DNA of 64,000 nt, taken from assembly GCA_964016885.1 (NCBI GenBank), contig OZ024741.1, positions 303,738,001 through 303,802,000 of the forward strand, read 5' to 3'. Position numbers and translations under genes: made by a program. The stretch's first letter is position 1. The number at the start of each line of letters is the position of its first letter. The notes under the pieces are model-generated. The model was not told the origin of the DNA. It worked only from the letters and a program-made list of their open reading frames with translations, and did not search any database. The stretch comes from Eledone cirrhosa (taxonomy: Eukaryota). This document shows positions 38,802 to 52,790 of the stretch, piece by piece.

Positions 38802-39693
38802 TATTTCTCTTAAGTCAGTATTGTTTGTTTGGGTGTTGTTATTCCATTCATTTTTTCTGTTTAGCTTTGGCCTTCTAAGTTCTGTTTCGCTTGCCTCTCT
38901 GATTTGCCTGTCTGCTGGGTCATTTCTATGTTTAGATATTATTTTAATTTCTATGTTGTCTATGTTACCGTCATGTTTTTGTCTGGCGTGTTCGTATAGT
39001 ACTGAACCATTTTTTCGTCCTTTTAGTTCCCCCTCAGTGTTGGTCTATCCTTTCACCTATTCTACGAGCTGTCTCGCCTATGTATGTTGTTGTCATGTTT
39101 CTGCAAGTACCCTCTGTACATCTTATGCTATAGACTACATTTCTAGTTTTACAGTTTATCTGGGTTTACTTTACATATGATACATTTCCTATTAGTACAG
39201 TGGGTTTTCTTAAAAGGGTATTTTTTGCTGATCAGGGATTTTATGGTAGTTCCTGGCTTTTCTACCACTTTAATATTTAAGTGGGTCTTTCTCGAGGCTT
39301 TTCTACACTGGTTAGCTAATTTCCCTCCAGGGGTAGCGTCCACTAACATGACACTCTGGTATCTCTGGTTGTCGTACCATGAGGTGGTTTTCCCTATCTT
39401 ATGTTTAGTCCTATCTAAGCTATTCCATGATTTGCTCCTGTATAATGGGCAAATTCCTTTCATGTCCAGTTCTATGAGGGTCTTATACTTCTCCGTGGCT
39501 CCTTTGTATACTCTGATTCTGTCTCTTTGGTTGTAGCCAGAGAACTGCATGCGGTTGATGAAGTGTTGGATGTCTCTTTCCATTTCAGTTGGATCGCACA
39601 TGCCGGACACGTTCTGCGATCAGAATATTAAACTTATAGAATATTAAGCACTACTGGACATTGCTGAGTTTTTGTGTATCAGGTATTTGGAGG
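38299..39693 (-). mobile_element. Penelope-like element, 5'-truncated, left arm of inverted pair
   Basis: FINRMQFSGY...PLYRSKSW...ATPGGKLA, frameshifted GIY-YIG, and a 3' region with a hammerhead motif. Confidence 0.85.
38479..38533 (-). ncRNA. Hammerhead ribozyme-like motif
   Basis: CTGACGA-t-GTTGCA-gatg-TGCAAC-GAAAC-aacttt-GTT; stem I imperfect. Confidence 0.6.
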
Positions 39694-40486
39694 CCAACAG
39701 AAATGGAAAGAGACATCCAACACTTCATCAACCGCATGCAGTTCTCTGGCTACAACCAGAGAGACAGAATAAGAGTATACGAAGGAGCCACGGAGAAGTA
39801 TAAGACCCTCATAGAACTGGACATGAAAGGAATTTTCCCATTATACAGGAGCAAATCATGGAATAGCTTAGATAGGACTAAACATAAGATAGGGAAAACC
39901 ACCTCATGGTACGACAACCAGAGATACCAGAGTGTCATGTTTATGGACACTAACACTGGAGGAAAATTAGCTAACCAGTGTAGAAAGGCCCCAAGAAAGA
40001 CCCACTTAAAGATTAAAGTGGTAGAAAAGCCAGGAACTACCATAAAATCCCTGATCAGCAAAACATACCCTTTTAAGAAAACCCACTGTACTAATACGAA
40101 ATGTATTTTATGTAAAGTAAACCAAGATAAACTGTAAAACTAGAAATGTAGTCTATAGCATAAAATGATGTACAGAGGGTACTTGCAGAAACATGACAAC
40201 AACATACATAGGCGAGACAGCTTGTAGAATAGGTGAAAGGATAGACCAACACTGAGGGGAACTAAAAGGACGAAAAAATGGTTCAGTACTATACGAACAC
40301 GCCAGACAACAACATGACGGTAACATAGACAACATAGAAATTAAAATAATATCTAAACATAGAAATGACCCAGCAGACAGGCAAATCAGAGAGTCAAGTG
40401 AAATAGAACTTAGAAGGCCAAAGCTAAACAGAAAAAATGAATGGAATAACAACACCCAAACAAACAATACTGACTTAAGAGAAATA

Positions 40487-40517
<31 letters not shown>

Positions 40518-40681
40518 ATATATACACAAGCTCAATAACAACAAACACATATAAGCAGACACTAGTAAACTAAGATAGAATACAATAACCAAAACACAGT
40601 CACCCAGACGCGAACACACACCAAATACTATACACACACGCAAACGCATGCGCAGAGAAGAAGACAAAAAAAAAAAAATAA

Positions 40682-40720
<39 letters not shown>

Positions 40721-41030
40721 ACAGATAAAATAAAGATGGCGTAGATATACAATACAACAGGAGGAACATAATAGCACCACTGACGATGTTGCAGATGTGC
40801 AACGAAAGAACTTTGTTCGACTATGTATATGTGTTTATATCTATATTATATCTGTATTTTTTACCGTTGGTCAGTCAATGGTAAACATTGAGGTCCGAAT
40901 GAATTAACTGATATAAAAGATACAGAAGCGAAAACCAACCGAACAGTGAGTGTTCTGTTATTAATTCTGGCAATATTATTATAACAATATTTGTTTCGAC
41001 ACACGATTTCATATCAAAAACGTCGCAAAG

Positions 41031-41034
<4 letters not shown>
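39694..41034 (+). mobile_element. Penelope-like element, right arm of inverted pair
   Basis: Reverse complement of 38313-39593 with scattered differences; ORF 39661-40137; YIGETA remnant near 40205. Confidence 0.85.
40771..40824 (+). ncRNA. Hammerhead ribozyme-like motif (mirror of 38479-38533)
   Basis: CTGACGA-t-GTTGCA-gatg-TGCAAC-GAAA; the stem III C is changed to G. Confidence 0.5.
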
Positions 41035-41069
<35 letters not shown>

Positions 41070-41071
<2 letters not shown>

Positions 41072-41259
41072 CGAAGGAAATGTGGTAAGGAACCAGGTGG
41101 ACCATAACGCACCAAAGTACTCAATACTTAGGGTAGTAGAGTGGGTAATAGGAACGAGGTAGACCCCGACGGCTGAGCTCAAGCCGTTTCGACGGCTAAT
41201 TCTAGTCCAGAATTAGCTGTCGAAACGGCTTGAGCTCAGTCGTCGGGGTCCTACTCGTT

Positions 41260-41263
<4 letters not shown>
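41070..41263. mobile_element. Second copy of ~200-bp fold-back element in (TA)n
   Basis: Reverse complement of 6161-6365 with the same ends and a shortened centre. Confidence 0.75.
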
Positions 41264-41320
<57 letters not shown>

Positions 41321-41463
41321 GCATATATGTATGTTTGTATGTATGTATATATGTGCCTATTCATGTATGTACGTACGCATGTATGTGTGCGTGTGTGTGT
41401 GAGTGTGCGTGTGTTGCGTGTATGTGTGTGTGTATGTATGTTTGTATGTATGTGTGTGTATGT

Positions 41464-41576
<113 letters not shown>

Positions 41577-41934
41577 TGCGTTTGAGTTTGTAAAGGTTTT
41601 TAAGCGCATGCATTTTTATCTGAAAAATACAGTACGCTTTAGCAAGCGGAATAATTGTGCAAGGGAAGTAACTTTTCAACATAATCTACTTATCTCCCGT
41701 CTGAATAATATTCTAAATTAGTTGCTAAATTAGTTGCTAAAGAAAATATGTATTTATAGTATCCACCACCATTTTTTTTTTTTATATATATTATCATACA
41801 TCGTATATCTGTCCTCATCAACTCAACTCTCTAATTAATGATTCAGCTGTGGCGTTCATGCTTATCCCAAACTTCAATGTGTCCTTTTCCTTTTTCTACT
41901 TCCTTATTACCAAATAACCAAATAACATTATTTA

Positions 41935-42245
41935 GGATTGGCAGTATCGGTAGAGAGTCGGACGCCATGCTTTGCAGCATAGTTACGTCCCTTTACGGTC
42001 TGAGTTCAACTCCCGCCGAGGTTAACTTTGCCTTTCATCTTTACGGGGTCGATAAAATAAAGTACCAGTAATGTACTGCGATAATTGCTGGCCTTGTGCC
42101 AAAAGTAGAAACAATTATTTCTTATCTGTTAACTTTGCCTTTCATCCTTACGGGGTAGATAAAATAAAGTACCAGTAATGTACTGGGATAATTGCTGCCT
42201 TGTGCCAAAAGTAGAAACAATTATTTCTTATCTGTTAACTTTGCT
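41935..42245 (+). mobile_element. SINE with tandem duplication of its 3' half
   Basis: gttaactttgcctttcatc...gtagaaacaattatttcttatctgttaac occurs twice. Confidence 0.8.
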
Positions 42246-42500
42246 CTTATTCCACAATGCTTCAAGCAATTTAAATGATTATGATACAGAAAATATGGAT
42301 TTTGTTTTTCAAAATATACGTGTAAGCACAGGCATGGCTATGTGATTATGGTGGTTGCTTTGTAATCATGTGTTTCTGGGTTCAGGCCCGCTGCCTAGCA
42401 TCTTGGGAAAGTGTCTCCTACTGTCTACTATAACCTTGGGTTCACCTAAGCCTTTTGAATGAAATTCAGTGGTGGACACTTACTAGAGAATCAGGTCTTG

Positions 42501-42556
<56 letters not shown>

Positions 42557-43512
42557 AAGCGCCTGTGTATATGTTTAGGTTTTCGTCAGATTGTATTTAT
42601 GTCCCGTAACTTAGCGGTTCGATAAAAAGAAAATGGAACGATAAAATAAATACCATCAGTAAAAAAATAAAAATAAATAAAATACTTTTCATTTCGATCA
42701 ATGTGAACCAATGATGAAGCTTCGAAAGGGATCGCTCGATCTGCAAGAAATAGCAATTATATCACCCTCAAAATATACAATACCCTCTTAAAAAGTCCAT
42801 GATTTACAAAATCAGGGGATGGTAAAGATAGGTCTATTCGATCAAGACTGACCTGGATGTAAACAACAACATCATTGCTAGCATTTTAAGTACTATATAT
42901 TTTACACACCAGTATACACTCTGTTTTTTGTCGATCGCCAGATCGAACCAAGGAAATAATGTTAGTATTGGTTTTTTCATTGCTGATACTGTCTGCATGA
43001 TGAGAGGAAGGGGTGAACGATACTCTTTATTGATATGTTGTGTGACTATACTTGTATAGCTGCTGTGTTCGTCAGTGTATTATGTTATGAGCGAACGTGC
43101 TTGACTTAGTGGTTAGGGCATTCGGCTAGTGATCGTGAGGTTATTAGTTCGATTCCCAGCGGCTCGTGGTGTTCTTCTCAAACAAGACACTGTATTTCAT
43201 GTTGCTCCAGTCTGTTCAGCTGAATAAAAATGAGTTGTACCAGTAACGGTTTCTAATTTAGACTCAAGGACAGCAATTGGGAGGGGGGGGCAGAAGTCGA
43301 TTATATCGATCCCAGTACTTAACTGAAGAATGAAAGACAAAGTTAAAATCGGTGGGATTTGAATTTAGAAAGTAAAGAGCCGAAACAAATACTACTTATC
43401 ATTTGCCTGACGCTCTAACGACTCTGCCAATCTACCGCCCATGTCGTACCTGTAATTCAAAAGCTCATCCTATTCACACAATGTGTCACACAGAATCTCT
43501 CTGAGAATTATA

Positions 43513-43738
43513 TTAACACTTTAGCATTTAAACTGGCCGTATCCGGCCAGAATTCTCTCACTTCTTTCTGTTAAAACTGGCCATAACCGGCTGCTAATAC
43601 TTATTGGTATTGTTCTCAAAATAAATAATATCAAGATCTCATAGGTTCGATATTATGTAAGATAATTATATGAGGTAAAGTTTTTACCGTGAAAATATAA
43701 TAGTAAATATAGAGTAATGTAAATGTTAAAGGTTTAAA
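43513..43738. mobile_element. TTAA-flanked MITE (piggyBac-like ends)
   Basis: ttaa-cactttagcattta ... taaatgttaaaggt-ttaa. Confidence 0.5.
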
Positions 43739-44782
43739 GGTATGGATGCAGGCATGGCTGAATAGCTAAGAAATTAATTCGACAATCATGAAGTTCCATG
43801 ATATTTTGGGCAAGTATAGTTTATCATATTCTCGGACGGACCCAGTATAAGTGCAATTTGGAAAACAGAAACTGTTTGGAAGTCCGTCAGATTATTTGTA
43901 CCTGTAATTCAAAAGTCCCACCTCGTCATACACTGTGTCACGCTGATTATGTTCAATGATTACGTTAAGGTTACACACTAGTGGAATACTTAACCACATG
44001 CCTATTCTGTTGATAGAGCAGCAAGAACATTTGTCGTCGGAACCGACGGAGGTCCAGCAACAACTATTTTGTTGATCCAGTTGTCATTATTCCTTAAAAG
44101 TCGGTGGAGTTTATGTGATGAGCAGTAAGTTTCTGTATGTTGTTATTGTTGCTGCTGTTGCTGCTGTTGCTGCTGCTGCTGCTATTTACTCTTGACCTAT
44201 GATCAAAGCTTCATCAACGATAGCCATTTCATCTTTTTCACGAGCATTGTGTATCTTGGACGATGTTATTCAGACTGTCCCTCATTTTTCAAGACGGTAA
44301 GATGTAGTTTGATGAAGATTTGGCTGCTCTTTCTAGCAGGTTGTTATTACGTAGAAGCGTCTTTGTGGACTTAGTATTGTCAGTAGAAGTGCAGCTGTGC
44401 AAGAGTTACTTCCCGTTGAACGCTTCACATTAACAGAAATTCTCTGCCGTTTTTAATTGTTCTTTTATTTACTTAGTTATTTCATTTATTTATTTATTAT
44501 TTATCTATCTATTTATTTGTTCATTGATTTAAAGGATATGATTAAAGCATGTATAATTTGCCTTTTCTCGTTGATAACTAGAATTTGATTGTTGTTGCTG
44601 TGATCGTTGTTGCTGCTTTTGTTTAACGCCAGATCAGTCTTAATCCAACTGACCTATTATCGAACACATTCCAACCATGACCATCCCGAGGTTTAAGATG
44701 TTGCGCTGAGATACACCCGCATTGGCTCGTCCAAAAATTTACTAAATATGAAAGAATCGTTGTAATAATTCAATAATAAATC

Positions 44783-44859
<77 letters not shown>

Positions 44860-44987
44860 GGGAGGAGAGAGAGAGAATGAAAGAGAGAGTAAATGACAGG
44901 TTGACTTTGCGGAATGACCAGTTCTATCCAGTGGTGAACCACTAAACCTAAATGTATATATATATATATATATATACATACACACAT

Positions 44988-45044
<57 letters not shown>

Positions 45045-45256
45045 AAAATGAATAAATGTAAGAGTCGCAAGTCGTTAGAACAAAAGCTTAAATATTTGTT
45101 CTAACGGCTTGCGACTCCTACATTTATTCATTTTGATTATACCTGCTCTGCTTGAGCACTCCACTAAATATTAACTCCTCTATAATATTTGACACTGCTA
45201 ACCCAAGCATTGAACCCACCTCGCTTCGGCTATCGGCATTTAGTATACTGTATCAC

Positions 45257-45319
<63 letters not shown>

Positions 45320-45474
45320 GCTCCTCCTCCTCTCTTATCTCCTCTCTTACGATACATATATCCTCTGTTCAAATCCCGCTGAGGTTAACTTTGCCTTTCA
45401 TCCTTACGGGGTCGATAAAATAAAGTACCAGTAATGTACTGGTTAATTGTTGGCCTTGTGCCAAAAGTAGAAAC

Positions 45475-45545
<71 letters not shown>

Positions 45546-45631
45546 GTATGAGGTGAGTTTTATTGTAGTACAATAAAGCAATGCAGATATCGGATAAGAA
45601 GCACTCTACAGTTTGTAGGACTGGAGTATAC

Positions 45632-45694
<63 letters not shown>

Positions 45695-45698
<4 letters not shown>

Positions 45699-46148
45699 TT
45701 TCGCGGATATAGAGGTTATCTCCCTTGATGGACTCCATGTGCGTCCCAGCTAGGGTTAGCTTCTTTATTCGTTTGGACATGACCCGTTGATAAAGTGTTC
45801 CGGTCCATCCGCTCTCTAGAAGTCTTATATATTTTTATGTGGGCTGATAGGGGGCGGATTAAGGAATTGCAGAAACCCAAGAAGCTAGATTTACCATCTT
45901 TCTAGTGGGTCCGGGTAAGTTTTTACATTCATATGAATTATTGATTTATTGATATTTTATCTGAGTGACCCGAATCTTCCTGGTCGTTATTTTTCGGCTG
46001 CATGGGTGATTTTAGGCATAATCTTTGTGTGTTGGTATTTTAACGATAGTTATAGCTCTGATTTATCTGAATTATTGAGCCTTCTGCCACTCATGTCGGA
46101 TTTGTTTATCGTAAACTCGTGAGCTGAATTTCCGATACTCGATTATTC

Positions 46149-46152
<4 letters not shown>
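45695..46152 (+). mobile_element. Diverged copy of the 20.8-21.7 kb non-coding element, in (TA)n
   Basis: Reverse complement of 20807-21265. Confidence 0.75.
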
Positions 46153-46212
<60 letters not shown>

Positions 46213-46352
46213 CCAAAAGTTTAACAAGGTTCAATGATTAATCAATGAATAAAGATTTACAATAGATTAGAAGCACTCAACAGTAGGGTTTTCTGGAGTT
46301 ATTAATATTACTTCAAAATATTAATAAATATAGACATTCATGTGATCAAATA

Positions 46353-46418
46353 TATTTTATTATATATATTTCAGAGGTACTGAGCTATTTCATCAGTACG
46401 TCCTCATCAGATAAAATA
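46353..46418 (-). ncRNA. Type I hammerhead ribozyme motif
   Basis: TATTTTAT-CTGATGA-GGAcGTACTGA-loop-TCAGTACcTCT-GAAA-TATATA-TA-ATAAAATA; 8-bp stem I. Confidence 0.7.
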
Positions 46419-46468
46419 AATTGATGTCTGACATACCTCAACTGTGCTGATGGTTCAATTCCAGTCTT

Positions 46469-46525
<57 letters not shown>

Positions 46526-47053
46526 TTGTTGGACCTCTGTTGGTTCCGACGATTAGTGCTGCAGTTAGTTCTATAAATGAAACTGCCTGCTCGTGAAATT
46601 AAAACGTAAGTAGCTGAACATTCCACAAACACCTAGTTTAAAAAATGATTAAACATAATAAATATGTGACATGGTGACCCCTTGAATTAGAGGTTTAACT
46701 CATTTTTGCCAGCTGAATGGACTGGATCGAAGTGAAGTAAAGTGTCTTGCTCAAGGAACACAATGCACCGGTATATGTATGTATGTGTGTATGTATGTAG
46801 GTGTGTGTTGGTTTGTGTGTGTGTATGTATATATGTGTGTATGTATGTAGGTGTGTGTTGGTTTATGTATGTGTATGTATATATGTGTTGCTTTCTGTGA
46901 GTGTGTGCGTGTGTGTGTGTATGTGTGTGTTGGTTTGTATGTGTGTCTGTGTGTGTGTGAGGGCGTGCGCGCGCGCGTGCGTATCATTACATTACTATTT
47001 CGCTCTGAAGATTATCAAACAAACTCATCATTTACGTTGAGTATATTCTCTCG

Positions 47054-47092
<39 letters not shown>

Positions 47093-47243
47093 ATACTTTG
47101 GGAGGGTCATGTTGCCAATAAGAAACACACGCACCAGTTGCTTTCACTTCAATTTAATTTAATATATATTTATAAATTTACAAATTTATAAATTTCTGGT
47201 TGGTTGGTTGGTTCCACAACCAGATAGTTGTTTATATATATAT

Positions 47244-47288
47244 AGTCATAGTTCTTTCGTCACACACTCTGTGACCTCTTCAGTGACT
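47244..47288 (-). ncRNA. Minimal type I hammerhead ribozyme motif
   Basis: AGTCA-CTGAAGA-g-GTCACA-gagtg-TGTGAC-GAAA-GAAC-TA-TGACT; lies within a Penelope-3'-end-like module at 47088-47670. Confidence 0.75.
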
Positions 47289-47805
47289 GGGGATTTCTTT
47301 CTTCGTTTCTGTGCCTTTCCTTTCTTCTATCCTACGCCATTTTGTTTGTGTGTGGGTTGCGTGCTCAGTTTGCGCATGCGCCACATCCGGGTGTCTGTGT
47401 GTGTTTGTGTTCATTTTTCTATTTTTCTATTTATATTTGTTTGTTTATTTATTTATTTATTGTTGGTTGGTTGTTTGTTCTATGTGTGTGTGTGTTTTCA
47501 TTTTGTCTTGTGTGTGTTTTCATTTTGTGTGTGTTTTCAATTGTAAGTTGTTTATATATGTGTGTGTGTGTTTTCATTTTGTCCTTAATTGTAAGTTGTG
47601 ATGTTGCTGTTCCACTCATATTTTCTATTTAATTTTGGTTTTAATTCTTTTATGCTTACTGCCTCTGTAATATATATAATCACATATATATACATTAATC
47701 ATGCAAGTACTCGATGTATAGGGAGATACAGAGAGGGTATAGAGCAAGTTTGACGCCGCGTTCGGGATTTTACATATCTCTTTCTCTCTCTTTCTCTCTC
47801 ACTCA

Positions 47806-47897
<92 letters not shown>

Positions 47898-47901
<4 letters not shown>

Positions 47902-48159
47902 GTAGAACACTGGAAGGTAATATCCGTAGTGGTAGAACACTCAGTCCATGGGACGAGTTAGGTAGAAGTGGTTACACAACAGTTAGTTCACCATACCAAG
48001 AACAATTGTTTCACCTTAGCGGATCCTCAGCTTGTAATCCGCTAAGGTGAAACAATTGTTCTTGGTATGGTGAACTAACTGTTGTGTAACCACTTCTACC
48101 TAACTCGTCCCATGGACTGAGTGCTCTACCACTACGGATATTACCTTCCAGTGTTCTAC

Positions 48160-48163
<4 letters not shown>
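47898..48163. mobile_element. 266-bp near-perfect palindromic element in (TA)n
   Basis: ~127-bp arms and a ~12-nt loop; each arm carries GAAAC-AATT-GTT; a diverged single tail lies at ~9155-9232. Confidence 0.8.
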
Positions 48164-48204
<41 letters not shown>

Positions 48205-49164
48205 TAAAGTGGTCCTTCATCAGTGATCTTCCAACCATCTTCAGTATTTCTTCGCTTTAAAGACCATATACCTCCGGTTGGTGCGAGCAACGACTAAAAA
48301 AAGTCGTTGGGATATGTAAATAAAGGGAACAGCGAGAGTGTAAACAAACAAAGATGGTGAAGCAACGAAAAGTGAGGAAGAGCGAGTCAAGTCCCAAAAT
48401 TTCCATGAATATAAGTTCGGTGAAATCGTGAACGAGAGGGAATAAAGACCATCAAACCTGGTTGAAATGTGAGCAAGGAAGGAATTTCGCACAGGTCTAA
48501 CGGAAGGAAGAAGGGGTCTAGTCTGTGAATTCGGTAAACATAAGTTCTGTGAAATCGTAGACGAGAGAGAGAAAAAATGCCGACCGGCCTGGCCAAGCGT
48601 GCGAAAGAAAAGAATTACGCACAGGTCAAACGGGAAGGAGGAGGAGGAGAGGTAGTAACAGATAGTGAGTGATTGAAGGTTGAGGAAGAGGCTAACAGAG
48701 AGAGTGACTGTTAGAGAGGGTAAAGATACAGAGAAAGATGAAGCAGTAAGAACGAAATAGACGGGTCACAGCGGGAGAAAAAATATGTGTAAATATGAGA
48801 ATAAACGTGCAGCACGTCTTCCTGACTTCCTAGCTACACTTGACTTCTATTTTTATTGTTCTAGTAATAGGTAGTAACTTAACCACTACTATGCTAATCG
48901 ATACATCAATCTCCATAGATCAATCGAAACGATCGTAACACAATGAACTAACCTGACTTATGTTTTTATTGTTCTATGCACAAACACATATATGTAAATG
49001 ACTCTGTAACCCGGACAGATTTTCTTCGAGGATACCGTAGGTGGTGATCATCTACCACAAAAACTACCGGTCACACTGCCGAATTTCGCTGCAACTATCT
49101 TTCCTAGGACACATTGAATTCTAACAACGTTATCAGCCCCACCTCAACCAGGTGGATTAGGATA

Positions 49165-49232
<68 letters not shown>

Positions 49233-49274
49233 AGAAAACGAAAAATCAGTGATGCATCTGGACTTAGATTATTT

Positions 49275-49365
49275 CGTGTTACAAATGTTTCGCCGGCATG
49301 CAGCTCGAGTCATGGTCCTTGTATGGATCTGGCTGATTCTACTTCTGCGGGTTCTTTCAGACACG
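49275..49365 (-). ncRNA. Hammerhead ribozyme-like motif (one extra base in core)
   Basis: CGTGT-CTGAAAGA-...-GAAAC-ATTT-GTA-ACACG; stem I CGTGT/ACACG. Confidence 0.5.
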
Positions 49366-49918
49366 GGTGTTACATCCGGAGCAAATTTTATCACTGGGGT
49401 GTTATCATCAAAAAAACACCCTCAAAAAACCCTATTTCCACTCTTGTCATGCCATTGGCTGTTTTTGCTCCACGTCATCACAAGTTCTGGTCAGTATCTG
49501 CTGCCAGACGGTTCATCAACCATTTTCCGTCCGACACATTTCAATGGAGTCATGCTGGGTTCAGTATTTCACACGTCTGCTCACACTTCAGGGTAGGCAC
49601 CCACACATACTAGAATACACACATAAAAACACACACACATGCAGACACATACCTATCTATGCATTCACACTCGTCCGCCTTCATGCGCAGACGCCCCCCT
49701 CCCCATATACATACATCGCAGTATATATACTCACACCCCCTCTCCCCCTCACTTCCACGGACCCAGTCACACCCACTTGTTGATACATATCGCCACAAGC
49801 CTTCTGACGGTTATTTACTTCGCGCTCTGTATCAATTAGGATAAGCATATCCTACTCAAACGTACACATATATACACATATGCGCGCACATACACATACG
49901 CCCAACCTTCTATACATT

Positions 49919-49979
<61 letters not shown>

Positions 49980-50042
49980 TCATACACACACATATATACA
50001 TACACACATACATACACATACATACATATATACACACGTGTG

Positions 50043-50080
<38 letters not shown>

Positions 50081-50532
50081 TACATACATACACACACATA
50101 TATATATATAAATGCATACTCACACATGTCCACACATACATAAGAATACACATACGTACATAAACATTACCTACACACGTACATACACACACACGCATAT
50201 ATATATATTATATATATATATATATATATACATATATACACACAAAAGAAAAGGGACAACTTAACATGCGTACGCACATCCACACATATACATACTTATA
50301 CCCACGCATATGCCGATATACATACATCTACACATACATACGCATACGTGTTGTCACATGCATACACCTGCACGCATACACATCTGCCTACATACACAAA
50401 AGTGCCACCACATATACATATATAAACACACCTGTAAGTGAACAGTTAAAAATACATTATGCAATAAAAACAGTACAATAACGGTAAATTATCGTAACAT
50501 AAAAAATATACAATGTAATATAATATACATTA

Positions 50533-50635
<103 letters not shown>

Positions 50636-50638
50636 ATT

Positions 50639-50670
<32 letters not shown>

Positions 50671-50794
50671 CCATATATATATACACACACACACATACAC
50701 ACACACACGTACACGGACTCATACATACATATACGGATATATACGGATATATATAGAGAATATGTGATAAAATAATACAACAAGAATAATAGTA

Positions 50795-50955
50795 ATAATT
50801 GTTTCTACTTTTGGCACAAGGCCAGCAATTACCCAGTACATTACTGGTACTTTATTTTATCGACCTCGTAAGGATGAAAGGCAAAGTTAACCTCGCCGGG
50901 ATTTGAACTCAGATCGTAAAGGGAAGTAACTATGCTGGAAAGCATGTCCGACAAA
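50795..50955 (-). mobile_element. SINE copy (further copies at 43255-43440, 45365-45480 and 52945-53050)
   Basis: Family consensus match. Confidence 0.8.
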
Positions 50956-52262
50956 GCATATATAGTCCATATATAAACATCCGCACACATTCCTATGAGA
51001 TGCACATAAACACATACTTGTATGCACAAATACATATACACACATATAGAGGCCCGCAAATGCATGCACCTGCACCCACATACACATCCACATATATACA
51101 CATACACACACACATATATATACGCACACTTACCCACCCGCACACACACACACACCTACTTATACGTGGCTATACGTACATACTCACACACACACATATA
51201 GACACACATATATATATATATATATATATATGCTCGTATATAGACACACACATACACATATACACACACCCACACACACATACACCCACATTCCGCCACA
51301 TATGTATATATATGCACATGTCTGCACATACAGGCGCGTATAAGCTCGTGCACACACGCACCCATGCCCATACACACTCCCCGACACCCACCCACGTGTA
51401 TATATATACATACGCATCTACTCACACACACACGCACATATCACACACACATGTCCACACATAAAAACCCGTGAACATAAACACAATATGATAATAAAAT
51501 AAAATAAATAAATAAATTTACAATATTTTAGGGTACATTAAAATCTGTATGTAACTGCATAAATAGGTACAAGAAAAGAAGGGGCAAAATAAAGGAACGG
51601 GTAAAATCAAAAATAAAAAACGGGGGGGGGGGTACAGGAGAAGGTGCGTGCGTCCATACGATATACTACACACAGGTATTATGAGATGCAAACTTGTGTC
51701 CGTGTATAGAACAGGTAACAGTAACAGAACAATGATATAACAATATTAACACTTACTGTTCCAAGGTGGAACAGGTGTAGAGTATATAGTCACGATTGAC
51801 GGTGTACACATTCAATGTGACGCCCGCCACGGTCGCCATGGGGCATGGCACCGTGGCTGGGGTGTGATGTTCTAAACGTTTAGTGCACAGGTCCGGGCGG
51901 CAGTGGGCCCCGTGTCAGCCGGTCCCGGCCCATGCGGTGTATCTTCCAATGGTGTGTGCCCGGTCACGTGCGCACCCGGTTTACATATGATTGCCCCACG
52001 GGTCGGACATCGTCATCAATATATATATACATACTTATACATATATATATATATACATACTTCGTTCCTGCACCAGCCACAGGATACCACATCTTCGATG
52101 GTTGATTTGCATGACGTCGAGTGCTATAATTTATTACATCATTATTTGCTAACTGGAATGATCAATCGATCAATTGTCCCTCTGTAACGATGGTAAAACA
52201 ATAAACTATCTACCTACACCTGTCTTCTGTTTTTATTGTTCTACACACAAACACACACACAT

Positions 52263-52790
<528 letters not shown>

